Of a DNA stretch of 64,000 nucleotides, positions 20,703 through 30,563 are shown in pieces. The translations under genes and the position numbers were made by a program. Origin of the DNA: Acholeplasmataceae bacterium (GTDB lineage: Bacteria; Bacillota_I; Bacilli_A; Acholeplasmatales; Acholeplasmataceae); assembly GCA_963667565.1 (NCBI GenBank), contig OY763415.1, positions 1,024,001 to 1,088,000 on the forward strand, read 5' to 3'. The notes beneath the pieces are model-generated. The model was not told the DNA's origin. It saw nothing but the letters and a program-made list of their open reading frames with translations, and did no database searches. Within the stretch, counting starts at the first letter, position 1, and each line of letters begins with the position of its first letter.

Positions 20703-22661
20703 TTATTTTTTTATATGAATAATATAAATACCAGGTTGATCAAGGTAAATTGCGTCATCTTCAGTAAGTGCTTTTTGTGATGGGAAAATCAAATCACCAT
20801 CAAATAGTGGAAGTTTTTCTAGCTCATAGTAGTTTTTGATATAATGAACTAATTTATCTTTTTCATCTTCTAGTGTATAAACGAGTAACTTACCTTCTTT
20901 TTTGATTGTAACTTTTTGGTCATCATATGTTGGTAAGCGATAGAGTTTATATTTCTTTCTGATCTTTAATAATTTTGTTAATTGTTTAACTCCAAATTCA
21001 TAAGGTCTCCATAAAATTTTGTTGATGTCATCAGAGGATTCATAAGAATTTTCTACACCTTTTTTACTTCTATAAAATTCTTGTCCTGCATGATAGAAAG
21101 GAACACCTTGCGAAATAGCAATTAAATGATTGGCAAAGTCTTGAGCAACTTTAAAATCTGGAAATTCAAATCCATGATTTTTTACCATTCTATCATAAAA
21201 AGTAAGATTATCGTGACATTCAACATAATTTATACTTTGTGTAGGATAAGTAAACATATGATTGGAACCGGTCACTAATTTCATGGTGTGTTGATATTGA
21301 TGTCCACCCATTGCAAATCCAATCTCTTCTGTATCAAGTTTACCTTTTAATGTGTTTCTAAAATCATCATTAAAATGTGCATAATATTTAAATTCTGCTT
21401 GATGATACATATTTGATCTTAAACGATTAGGTACTGCAGTGTCCATATTCCAACCTTCACCATATAGCATGATGTTTGGATTCACTTTTTTAAGTTCTAT
21501 TTCAATTAAACGCATTGTATCTAGATCTAATAATCCCATAAGGTCAAATCTAAATCCATCCATTTGGAATTCTTCTGCCCATTGTCTTAAACTATCAACG
21601 ATAAGTCTTCTTACCATATAATGTCTTGTTTCTAAGTCATTACCACAATAAGAGCTATTTGTCATTTGATTTTGATCATTGTGTCTATAAAAGTAACCAG
21701 GAACTAAATGATCATATGGAAATGTATGGTGATTAAATACATGGTTATAAACAACATCCATGTTAACACCTAATTTAATACTGTGTGCATATTCGATCAC
21801 ATGCTTTAATCCATTGATTCGATCATATGGATCATCAGGATTTTTAGCAAACCAACCTTCTAACACGAAGTATTGACTTGGATTATATCCCCAATTGTAT
21901 CGATTTGATTTATCCCATTCGTCAACGAGTTCAAAGTCATAAATAGGAAGTAACTGTAAATGTGTCATTCCTAATTTTTTAACATAATCAACAACTGTAC
22001 CATTAAGTTTCTTACTTGGCTCAATAAGACCATCGAAAGTACCTGGATTTTCGACATCTAAAGTGATGCTCATATCTCTTACATGACCTTCATAAATCAC
22101 TGCATCCGTATACTTTTTCACCTTAATTGGTGTTTTTTTCATTTGATGTGAGTTTTTCCAATCAATAATCGTGTTACCGAATGTCGTCGCAGCATTTGCA
22201 TATGGATCTTTGACATCTTCAAATGTTTGATAAAGTCTCACTTGATAATGATATGTAAGTTTTTCTAAATCACCTTTAACTGTTATTTTCCAAATAGGCT
22301 CTTCATAAGTCATTGGATAAACTTCTTCACCAACAACAAGTCTTACTTCTTTAGCTACTGGTGTAAATAAGTAAAATGATGTTTCATCTTTACTATAAAT
22401 ATACCCAAGTGGTCCATCATAACGGAATTTTTTATCAAATTGATCTTTTAAAGTCACTAATCCTATTTCTAATGGGTAGTCTTGATCATTAATTTGGACA
22501 AATTCATTTGCTTGAATATCAATATCTTGATCAAAGGTAAAATATTGATTTTGGTCATGATTGGATTGCCAATGACCTACTTGATTACCTATCTTTACTT
22601 GATTAATATAAGTATTTGATTCAATTCTAATTAGTCTTAATTCATCTATAAAAATTCTCAT
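20703..22661 (-). CDS. Cytoplasmic type I pullulanase / debranching enzyme (AmyX-like)
   Basis: YNWGYNP, MDVVYNH, GFRFDLMG, YGEGW, NYVECHDN; no signal peptide. Confidence 0.9.
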   Translation of the reverse strand: MRIFIDELRLIRIESNTYINQVKIGNQVGHWQSNHDQNQYFTFDQDIDIQANEFVQINDQDYPLEIGLVTLKDQFDKKFRYDGPLGYIYSKDETSFYLFTPVAKEVRLVVGEEVYPMTYEEPIWKITVKGDLEKLTYHYQVRLYQTFEDVKDPYANAATTFGNTIIDWKNSHQMKKTPIKVKKYTDAVIYEGHVRDMSITLDVENPGTFDGLIEPSKKLNGTVVDYVKKLGMTHLQLLPIYDFELVDEWDKSNRYNWGYNPSQYFVLEGWFAKNPDDPYDRINGLKHVIEYAHSIKLGVNMDVVYNHVFNHHTFPYDHLVPGYFYRHNDQNQMTNSSYCGNDLETRHYMVRRLIVDSLRQWAEEFQMDGFRFDLMGLLDLDTMRLIEIELKKVNPNIMLYGEGWNMDTAVPNRLRSNMYHQAEFKYYAHFNDDFRNTLKGKLDTEEIGFAMGGHQYQHTMKLVTGSNHMFTYPTQSINYVECHDNLTFYDRMVKNHGFEFPDFKVAQDFANHLIAISQGVPFYHAGQEFYRSKKGVENSYESSDDINKILWRPYEFGVKQLTKLLKIRKKYKLYRLPTYDDQKVTIKKEGKLLVYTLEDEKDKLVHYIKNYYELEKLPLFDGDLIFPSQKALTEDDAIYLDQPGIYIIHIKK

Positions 22662-23950
22662 TGTTTGTTTGCCTTCTTTGTTCTAATCATCATAGGCTCT
22701 TGATCTAAAATGACTTTTCCTTGTTTTACTTCAATTGATTTTTGATTAAATATATTGGTGTAAAGTCCATCTTTTAAATTTAATATGATTGATGATTGTT
22801 GTTCTAGATTGAAGATACCTAAAAGAACATCATTATCTTTCTCATAAGTAACCAAAACGGCACCATTTTGATTTTCGATATTAAAATGTCCATCTCTAAA
22901 TAGCGCATCTTTTTTAAGTGTAATAAGTCTTCTAATGAGCGGTTCAACAGACTTATTTTCATCCCAAACGATAAGGTCATCATCAAAAAGTGATGGTTCA
23001 TGTGTCGCTTGGTGTTCCATACCATTATAAATAAACGAAGGACCTTTTAAGAAAAATTGGAATGTAAGCATTTGAATAAAGTGTGCTTCATCTCTTGTTC
23101 TAAAACGAAGACGTTTTTGATCATGATTTTCAAAACTTCTTAATTTAATATAATTTCTTGGATACATCGTTTCTTGTCTTTGAATGGCTTCAATCCATTC
23201 ATTTAATAATGATGGATCATCTAAATAATGATACATGTAATCAAAAATATCATAGTCATAACAAATATCAAATGCTTGATACATTTCACTATCTGTAAAA
23301 CAATCGTAATCCAAGCTTCTTAAATATTTGATAAACCCTGGATGAACAGATTCTGTTAACCAAATAAATGACTTATCAAGTGTTTCAATTCTTTGTCTTG
23401 CTTCTATCCAAAAATCAAGAGGAATCAGTGGTGCAACATCACATCTAAATCCATCAACTATTTGTGCCCAGTAATATAACATATCAGACATATATGACCA
23501 TACTTCTTTGTTTGTATAATCTAGGTCAGTGATATCACTCCAGTCGCCAATACGATTGGCAAATTCACCTTTTTCATTGTGATAAAACCATTCTGGATGT
23601 TCTTTTGTAAGTACGGAATCTCTAGATGTATGATTAATCACGATATCCATCATGACTTTTAATCCTTTATCATGTGCTAGTGAAACAAGTTTTTTGAAAT
23701 CATCCAACGTACCATATTCAGGATTAATTGCATAATAGTCATAAATTGAATATGGACTTCCCTTTACCCCTTTTCTAGATTTTATACCAAGTGGGTGTAT
23801 TGGAAGCAGATAAAGGACATCAATGCCCAGACCTTTAATACGATCTAAGTCATCAATAATCCCTTCGAAATTTTGTTTATTTGAAAATTGACGTGGAAAA
23901 ACTTGATAAAACGTCATTTGACGAATATCAAGATTTGTGTTTTTTGCCAT
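22658..23950 (-). CDS. Cytoplasmic GH13 alpha-amylase-family enzyme
   Basis: GSPYSIYDY, DIVINHTS, DGFRCDVA, ENHD. Confidence 0.85.
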   Translation of the reverse strand: MAKNTNLDIRQMTFYQVFPRQFSNKQNFEGIIDDLDRIKGLGIDVLYLLPIHPLGIKSRKGVKGSPYSIYDYYAINPEYGTLDDFKKLVSLAHDKGLKVMMDIVINHTSRDSVLTKEHPEWFYHNEKGEFANRIGDWSDITDLDYTNKEVWSYMSDMLYYWAQIVDGFRCDVAPLIPLDFWIEARQRIETLDKSFIWLTESVHPGFIKYLRSLDYDCFTDSEMYQAFDICYDYDIFDYMYHYLDDPSLLNEWIEAIQRQETMYPRNYIKLRSFENHDQKRLRFRTRDEAHFIQMLTFQFFLKGPSFIYNGMEHQATHEPSLFDDDLIVWDENKSVEPLIRRLITLKKDALFRDGHFNIENQNGAVLVTYEKDNDVLLGIFNLEQQSSIILNLKDGLYTNIFNQKSIEVKQGKVILDQEPMMIRTKKANKQ

Positions 23951-23978
23951 CCTATTGACTCCTTTATCTTTTAATTAC

Positions 23979-26357
23979 TTATTTAAAAATTCTAGATAAA
24001 TGCCAAATATCTTGATTATAATTTTCTATCGTTCTATCTGCAGTAAAGAATCCTGAGTGAGCGATATTCATGATTGATTTAGATAACCAACCTTTTTCAT
24101 CTTTGTATGCTTCATTAGCAATTTCATGTGCTTTTACATAACTATCAAAATCTTTTAATACAAAGAAATAATCACTATTTAATAAACTATCTTTAATTGG
24201 ATTAAAGTAATTTGGATTTGTATTTAATGTTTTAATAAAATCAAATGCTTTAATAAGTCTTGGATCTTGATTATAAACTTCTTTAGGATTGTAAGTTTTA
24301 GTACGATAAAGTTCATTGACTTCATCTGAACTCATACCAAAAATAATTTCATTTTCTAATCCTGCTTCTTTTACAATCTCAACATTGGCACCATCCATAG
24401 TACCAATCGTAATTGCACCATTCATCATAAATTTCATATTACCTGTTCCACTTGCTTCTTTAGAAGCAGTTGAAATTTGTTCAGATAAATCTGCAGCAGG
24501 CATGATATATTCAGCATATGTCACATTGTAGTTTTCAACAAAGACTACTTTTAATAATTCATTGGTATCAGGGTCTTTGTTAATGACATCTGAGACAGAT
24601 GAAATAAGCTCAATAACCATTTTAGCAATAAAGTAACTTGGTGCTGCTTTAGCTCCAAAAATATATGAATGAGGAACATAAGCATCTTTAAATGCTTGAT
24701 CTGATTTTAATCTTTGGTAAACATAGATGACATGTAAGATATTCATTAATTGACGTTTGTATTCATGAAGACGTTTAACTTGAATATCAAACATAGAATT
24801 AACGTTAAGTTTAACCCCTTCTTTTTCAAATATGTGGTCAGCAAGTGCTTGTTTTTTAGCAAGCTTCATTGCTTTAACTTTTAGCTGAGTATCTTCGTCA
24901 TCTTTAAACTTATCAAACGCTTCTAGTTTAGACAAATCAAGACGCCAATCAGTACCAATTTTTTCGTCTAAAATGTTTACTAATTCCTGATTTGTATGGA
25001 TTAACCAACGGCGATGTGTAATACCGTTAGTTTTATTATTGAATTTTTCAGGATACATATGATAGAAATCTTTCATTTCGATTTCTTTTAAGATTTCAGT
25101 ATGAAGTGCAGCTACACCATTGACGCTATATGACCCATAAATACAGATATGTGCCATTCTCACTTGATTGTGACCTAAGATAGCCATGTTTGCAATTTGT
25201 TCTTCATTAAATATGTTTTTATTTTGTAAATCTATTAAGAAACGACGGTCAAACTCTTGAACGATTTCATATATTCTAGGAAGTAATTTTTTGAAAATGT
25301 CAACATTCCATTTTTCTAAAGCTTCTGATAAAATCGTATGATTTGTAAATGCACAAGCATTTTTTGTGATTTCCCATGCTTCATCATATTCTAGACCTTC
25401 TTCATCCATCATCAGTCTCATAAGTTCAGGAATAATGAGTGTTGGATGTGTGTCATTGATTTGGAACACATAATAATCACCCAAAGTACGAATATCTCTT
25501 CCAGCATTTTTATGTTCTCTAATTGCTGACATAATACCTGCAGCACTAAATAAATAAGATTGTTGTAATCTTAATAATTTACCATCTATTGTTGAATCAT
25601 CTGGATATAATTGATCATCAATACGATCAACCATGTCAAGATATGCTTGGTCTTGATGATCTTGTTTATCAGATGGCTCTGTTGACCATAATCTAAGGGT
25701 TGTAACTACACCATTTTGATCTCCTACAACCTTAACATCATAAGGAACTGCTTTTACCCATGTAGGATTTTTTAATTGTGTATGTTCTACAAAACCAAAA
25801 AATGGAATATCTACTGCTTCATCTTCTCTTTTTGTTTCCCATACAAATGGTTGTTCTAACCAAGCATCAGCATGTTCTACTTGTTGATGATTTTTAATTT
25901 CTTGTGTGAAAAATCCATATTGGTATCTTAAACTATTACCATATAACGGTAATGATATAGATGCTGCAGAATCTAAAAAACATGCAGCTAGTCTTCCTAA
26001 ACCACCATTTCCTAATCCAGCATCAACTTCACTGTGTTCAACTGCATTTAAATCAATACCTAAATCTTTAAATGCTTCTTTAACTAATTGATAATGCCCA
26101 CTATTTTGAAGATTATTAGTAACAAGTCTACCCATTAAAAATTCCATTGAGAAATATATAGCTTTCTTCATTTGGTTTTGAGCGACAAACTCATTTGTTT
26201 TTTGATGTGAATCAACTAATCCTCTATCCAAAAGTGTTGCTAATACATAATATTGCTCATACACTGTACTTTCTTTTAATGTTTTATTGTATTGTGTATT
26301 AAGTGTTTCAATAAACACCTTCTTAAATGTTTCTTTATTGTCAAAAATCTGCGTCAT
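23979..26357 (-). CDS. glgP: Glycogen/maltodextrin phosphorylase (GT35)
   Basis: GLGNGGLGRLAAC, NDTHP, NKTNGITHRRW, KRLHEYKRQ, EASGTGNMK PLP site. Confidence 0.96.
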   Translation of the reverse strand: MTQIFDNKETFKKVFIETLNTQYNKTLKESTVYEQYYVLATLLDRGLVDSHQKTNEFVAQNQMKKAIYFSMEFLMGRLVTNNLQNSGHYQLVKEAFKDLGIDLNAVEHSEVDAGLGNGGLGRLAACFLDSAASISLPLYGNSLRYQYGFFTQEIKNHQQVEHADAWLEQPFVWETKREDEAVDIPFFGFVEHTQLKNPTWVKAVPYDVKVVGDQNGVVTTLRLWSTEPSDKQDHQDQAYLDMVDRIDDQLYPDDSTIDGKLLRLQQSYLFSAAGIMSAIREHKNAGRDIRTLGDYYVFQINDTHPTLIIPELMRLMMDEEGLEYDEAWEITKNACAFTNHTILSEALEKWNVDIFKKLLPRIYEIVQEFDRRFLIDLQNKNIFNEEQIANMAILGHNQVRMAHICIYGSYSVNGVAALHTEILKEIEMKDFYHMYPEKFNNKTNGITHRRWLIHTNQELVNILDEKIGTDWRLDLSKLEAFDKFKDDEDTQLKVKAMKLAKKQALADHIFEKEGVKLNVNSMFDIQVKRLHEYKRQLMNILHVIYVYQRLKSDQAFKDAYVPHSYIFGAKAAPSYFIAKMVIELISSVSDVINKDPDTNELLKVVFVENYNVTYAEYIMPAADLSEQISTASKEASGTGNMKFMMNGAITIGTMDGANVEIVKEAGLENEIIFGMSSDEVNELYRTKTYNPKEVYNQDPRLIKAFDFIKTLNTNPNYFNPIKDSLLNSDYFFVLKDFDSYVKAHEIANEAYKDEKGWLSKSIMNIAHSGFFTADRTIENYNQDIWHLSRIFK

Positions 26358-26422
26358 AAAAACCTAAACTCCTTTAATCATTTGTCACTTATATTTTACC
26401 ATAAAATGGTTTATTTAACGTG

Positions 26423-26436
26423 TGCTACCGTTCTCA
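26423..26436. promoter_or_regulatory. LacI-family/cre-like operator TGCTACCGTTCTCA
   Basis: Same 14-bp pattern, upstream of glgP. Confidence 0.55.
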
Positions 26437-26460
26437 TAATCGTCAAAAAAGGGTAAAAAT

Positions 26461-27528
26461 TTACCCTTTTGTAGCACCTGCCATAATACCTTCAATTAAA
26501 TATTTTTGGAATGCCATATACAATGCTGTAATTGGTGCCCCAATTAATATAGCTGCAGCAGCGAATGCTGAGTAATTTAAATATTGAGAATCATTGATGA
26601 ATTTATAAATACCAACTGCTAAAGTCCATTGAGATGTCGTATCTGTATCGATAGCACCTGATCTAGGAATGGTTAACAAATAACCTGGTAACATATAATC
26701 CATCCATGGTCCCATAAACATAGAGACTGCTACGAATGTCAAAATTGGAACTGATAAAGGTAAGATGATGCTTTTAAAGATTTGGAATTTGTTTGCGCCA
26801 TCTATCATTGCTGATTCATCAAGATCTTTTGGAATTTGACTCATAAAACCTTTAATTAACCAAAGGTTACCAGGAATCGAACCACCAATATATAAAATAC
26901 TTAAGTAAGCAGGTCTACCTAATAAACCAAACTTCCAAAATAAAACATACATTGCAAATAGACCCATAAATGAAGGGAATGATTGAAGTACTAAAATCGT
27001 TAGTAATCCACCTTTTTTACCTTTAAATTGGAAACGTCCAAAAACATATGCAGCACCTGTAATAACAACAGTACCTACAAGCATATTAATAACAGCAATC
27101 AACAGTGTGTTTTTATACCAAGTTGTAAACATCGTTTCTTGGAATAAATATCTAAATGCATCAAATGATGGATTTTCTGGCCAAATGGTCGTAGGAACAC
27201 TTGTTCTAATATCTGACATTGCTGTACCAAAAATATAGATAACAGGAATTAATACAACAATAGTAACAGCAGCAATTTCTGCTGAAATTAATACTCTTGA
27301 TAAAATTGATTTAACACTAAATACTTGTCTAATACCTATTTTCGAAGATTTTCTTCTTTCAGGTTTATTTTTATAAATATAAAAACCTAAAACAGGAATT
27401 AATCCAAGAAGACCAACAGTAGTACCTTCATATCCTCGTTTTTTTGCATATGCAACAACAAGTGATTGATGAGATAAAAGTATGACAATGGTAAGGAAAC
27501 TAATCCATATTGTTTGAAAGTTACCCAT
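26461..27528 (-). CDS. malG: Maltodextrin ABC transporter permease (MalG/MalD type) with N-terminal extension
   Basis: EAA loop DLDESAMIDGA; FQKYLIEG...GATKG C-terminus. Confidence 0.85.
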   Translation of the reverse strand: MGNFQTIWISFLTIVILLSHQSLVVAYAKKRGYEGTTVGLLGLIPVLGFYIYKNKPERRKSSKIGIRQVFSVKSILSRVLISAEIAAVTIVVLIPVIYIFGTAMSDIRTSVPTTIWPENPSFDAFRYLFQETMFTTWYKNTLLIAVINMLVGTVVITGAAYVFGRFQFKGKKGGLLTILVLQSFPSFMGLFAMYVLFWKFGLLGRPAYLSILYIGGSIPGNLWLIKGFMSQIPKDLDESAMIDGANKFQIFKSIILPLSVPILTFVAVSMFMGPWMDYMLPGYLLTIPRSGAIDTDTTSQWTLAVGIYKFINDSQYLNYSAFAAAAILIGAPITALYMAFQKYLIEGIMAGATKG

Positions 27529-27530
27529 GA

Positions 27531-30482
27531 TTAATCCTCCTTAAACGCTCTTGTCTTCGTTAAGTTCCATGCTGTGACAGAACCTACAAAGAAGAATATT
27601 AACACCGAGAACACACTTGCCATATTATAAATCGCCTGATCTACAGTTAATTTATACATCCAGGATATTAAAATATCGGTATCTCCGGCATAACCCATGT
27701 CGAAGTTATTTGCATTCGGTCCACCACCTGTGATAAAGTAGATGACCCCAAAGTTATTGAAGTTTCCTGAAAATGTCATAATTAAAATTGGAGCTGTAGA
27801 ATAAAGAACGAGTGGCATTGTAATCTTAGTTAATTTTTGACCATTAGATGCACCATCAATATCTGCTGCTTCATATAATGTCTTATCAATTGCAGTCATA
27901 ACACCAGTCATTAAGGCCATGAAGTATGGGAATCCTAACCAAATATTGACAACAATTAATACAATTCTAACAAAATTAGGATTATTTGGATTTGTAAACC
28001 ATTGAATATTTTGATTTCCTAAATAGAAAATCTTTTCAAATCCGTTTAATAGTTCAAATGGCCGTCCTAATATACCCCATTTTTCAAACAGATCATAAAA
28101 GCCTATGTTTCTAAAGACTTGATTCACATAACCTGTTTCATTAAACATAACTTTAAATATCATTTGTGATAATAATGCTGGAATAGCCCATGGAAGAATG
28201 AGAACTGTTCTCCAGAATTTTCTAAATACAACTTTTTCGCTATTTAAGATGATTGCTTGGAAGAAACCACCAAAGAAAACAGTTGCAGTCGAGAAAATTG
28301 CCCAGATTACTGTCCATCCTAAAACTCTCCAGAATGCTTTACCAAATGTAGATCCTAGCGCACCATTAAAATCAAATAATGCGACAAAGTTCTTAAATCC
28401 GACATAGTCGAATGTATCAATTAATGATTGACGACCAGCAATATTTGTAAACGCAATTATAAATCCAAATGCAATAGGCATTAAACTAATAAACGCTAAT
28501 ACAACCATTGCAGGTGATAAAACGAAATATGAGAATCCACTTTCGAATGTTTCTGCAAAATATGCTTTATCATTTAATACTTTTTCTTTCTTTCGTTTAG
28601 CTTCTGATACCTTATATGCATCCCTTACCGACCAAATCATGAAGATAAAGAAAATCAAGGATGTTATGATACCAATAAGCCCTTCTATAAGAATTTGAGC
28701 ACTAACATGCCCTAAAATAGGAACACTAGGTAATAACGTAATCGGCAATTTTGGTGTATGTGATGAATCACCAACTAAAGCAATCTTTAATGTGTTATAT
28801 TCTGTTAATTCAACTTTATGAGCTGTACCTAATGTTATAACAGACCAATAGCTTTTCACGAATAGACCAGCTTTATCATAGAAGAAATTATTAAACGCTG
28901 TTCTAAATTCTGCTTGTTGATCTGGATAAATTTCAAAATAAACTTTGATTACAAATCTTAAATAATCATTTTCTGTGTATGTATTCCAAGTTTGATTGTA
29001 AGTGACATACATTGATTCTTTAACTTTATCCGTAAATGCAGTACCTACAAATGATAATGTTGCATTTAAATAGACAAGACCTGGTTGGTAGTATTCATAA
29101 TATACACCATTGATCTCATACATAGGACCAGTCATATTGATTTCAGTACTTCCTAAAGGTAATTCTGAAACAACTTCCTTAGTTAATACATTAACATAAG
29201 CGACAATTGGATCACCTAAGTCATTAAAAGTGTCTGCTTCTAAATAATATGTGATCGTACCACCATCATCATATTGATATACAGTATTATTTTTGTTAAA
29301 TGCAGTTAATCCATCATCAGAAATTAAGATATTATTTTCATTCATCACACCTGTGATGAGATCTGTTTCTATGTAATTTTTAGCTGTTGTACCTAAAACA
29401 TCTTGTGCTGTGTAATATATACCATTCGCATCAACAAACATATTTTGTGCTCGAATGATGTGTGTTTTAACATATGAATCATTAAACATCACTGCTTTAG
29501 GGTTTGTTAATGATGAAACTAAAGTTTGATCAGCAATATTTAAATATTGACTATTACTGTCTACTGTAACTAATACATAATAGACATCTTGATCATTTTC
29601 AGTAACTTGATATGTAGAATCACTAACTTCTACTGTTTTTAAATTTGTATTTGATGATAATATATTTGATTCATTGAGTTCAAAAGTAGCTAAATTGATT
29701 TCAACATACTCTTTTGTATTATCTCCAAGTGTGCGTTCTTGGTAAAATATTTGACCATCTTGATCATAATAGAAAGTTTGGTTTAATAATTGACTGACAT
29801 CAACACCTTCGATACTTGTAAATGTTGCATCAGTATTTAGATTTGTATAGATGATTGGGTTATTCGCTTTCAAATCTTGAGCAATAAAGTAGATGAATTC
29901 ATCTTCTGTTAATGTAAATATTTGATCGCCTGATTTTCCAATAGAATCTAAGTAATCTACAAATGCAGGATAGTTGATTTTATAATTTTGAGTTTGAATA
30001 TCATAAAAATCACCCATAATGCTTGAAATATAGTCATCTCCAAAGTCTTCACCTGGCAATTTAGAATAAGCATCTGTTTCAACGAAATAATTACTTGTTC
30101 CTAATTCAAGCCCTACAAAACCTAAAAAGATAATAAAAAAGATAAACGCTTTAATCTTCTGTCCATTAAACAATTGGCCACTACCCCAAATAATAACAGA
30201 AAAACCAGCCTTAACAAAGCTCATCGCTTTACTATCAAAGATTTTTCTCATTGCTGGGATTTTACCTAATTCTCTAACGAGAAGTGATATAGGATATGAA
30301 ATCGGCAATAATACATAATGAAGTATGGTTGCAATTGTTTTAACTGTATAAACAATTAATAATTTCGTATATTTAAAAAATAACGAAATTCCTAATTCAA
30401 TATATTCTAGTGCGATTTTTATGCCTTTAATGATTATTATAAAGAAGCGTTTGATTGCTTGAAGTGTTTTTTTAAGCCACAT
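27531..30482 (-). CDS. malF: Maltodextrin ABC transporter permease (MalF/MalC type) with a very large extracytoplasmic insertion
   Basis: LILPWAIP, WLGFPYFM, LYEAADIDGA, FNNFGVIY, TDILISWMYKL. Start at ATG 30482 (GGAGG RBS) gives 983 aa. Confidence 0.85.
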   Translation of the reverse strand: MWLKKTLQAIKRFFIIIIKGIKIALEYIELGISLFFKYTKLLIVYTVKTIATILHYVLLPISYPISLLVRELGKIPAMRKIFDSKAMSFVKAGFSVIIWGSGQLFNGQKIKAFIFFIIFLGFVGLELGTSNYFVETDAYSKLPGEDFGDDYISSIMGDFYDIQTQNYKINYPAFVDYLDSIGKSGDQIFTLTEDEFIYFIAQDLKANNPIIYTNLNTDATFTSIEGVDVSQLLNQTFYYDQDGQIFYQERTLGDNTKEYVEINLATFELNESNILSSNTNLKTVEVSDSTYQVTENDQDVYYVLVTVDSNSQYLNIADQTLVSSLTNPKAVMFNDSYVKTHIIRAQNMFVDANGIYYTAQDVLGTTAKNYIETDLITGVMNENNILISDDGLTAFNKNNTVYQYDDGGTITYYLEADTFNDLGDPIVAYVNVLTKEVVSELPLGSTEINMTGPMYEINGVYYEYYQPGLVYLNATLSFVGTAFTDKVKESMYVTYNQTWNTYTENDYLRFVIKVYFEIYPDQQAEFRTAFNNFFYDKAGLFVKSYWSVITLGTAHKVELTEYNTLKIALVGDSSHTPKLPITLLPSVPILGHVSAQILIEGLIGIITSLIFFIFMIWSVRDAYKVSEAKRKKEKVLNDKAYFAETFESGFSYFVLSPAMVVLAFISLMPIAFGFIIAFTNIAGRQSLIDTFDYVGFKNFVALFDFNGALGSTFGKAFWRVLGWTVIWAIFSTATVFFGGFFQAIILNSEKVVFRKFWRTVLILPWAIPALLSQMIFKVMFNETGYVNQVFRNIGFYDLFEKWGILGRPFELLNGFEKIFYLGNQNIQWFTNPNNPNFVRIVLIVVNIWLGFPYFMALMTGVMTAIDKTLYEAADIDGASNGQKLTKITMPLVLYSTAPILIMTFSGNFNNFGVIYFITGGGPNANNFDMGYAGDTDILISWMYKLTVDQAIYNMASVFSVLIFFFVGSVTAWNLTKTRAFKED

Positions 30483-30500
30483 TTTGTCCTCCACTTTACA

Positions 30501-30545
30501 TGAAAATGAGGGTGGCAAGTACGTTCTTGCCACCGTCACTTTTCA
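30501..30545 (-). other. Intercistronic stem-loop after the binding-protein gene
   Basis: GGTGGCAAG (30511-30519) / CTTGCCACC (30526-30534), extended by TGAAAA/TTTTCA. Confidence 0.7.
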
Positions 30546-30563
30546 ATTGTACTTAAATATTAA

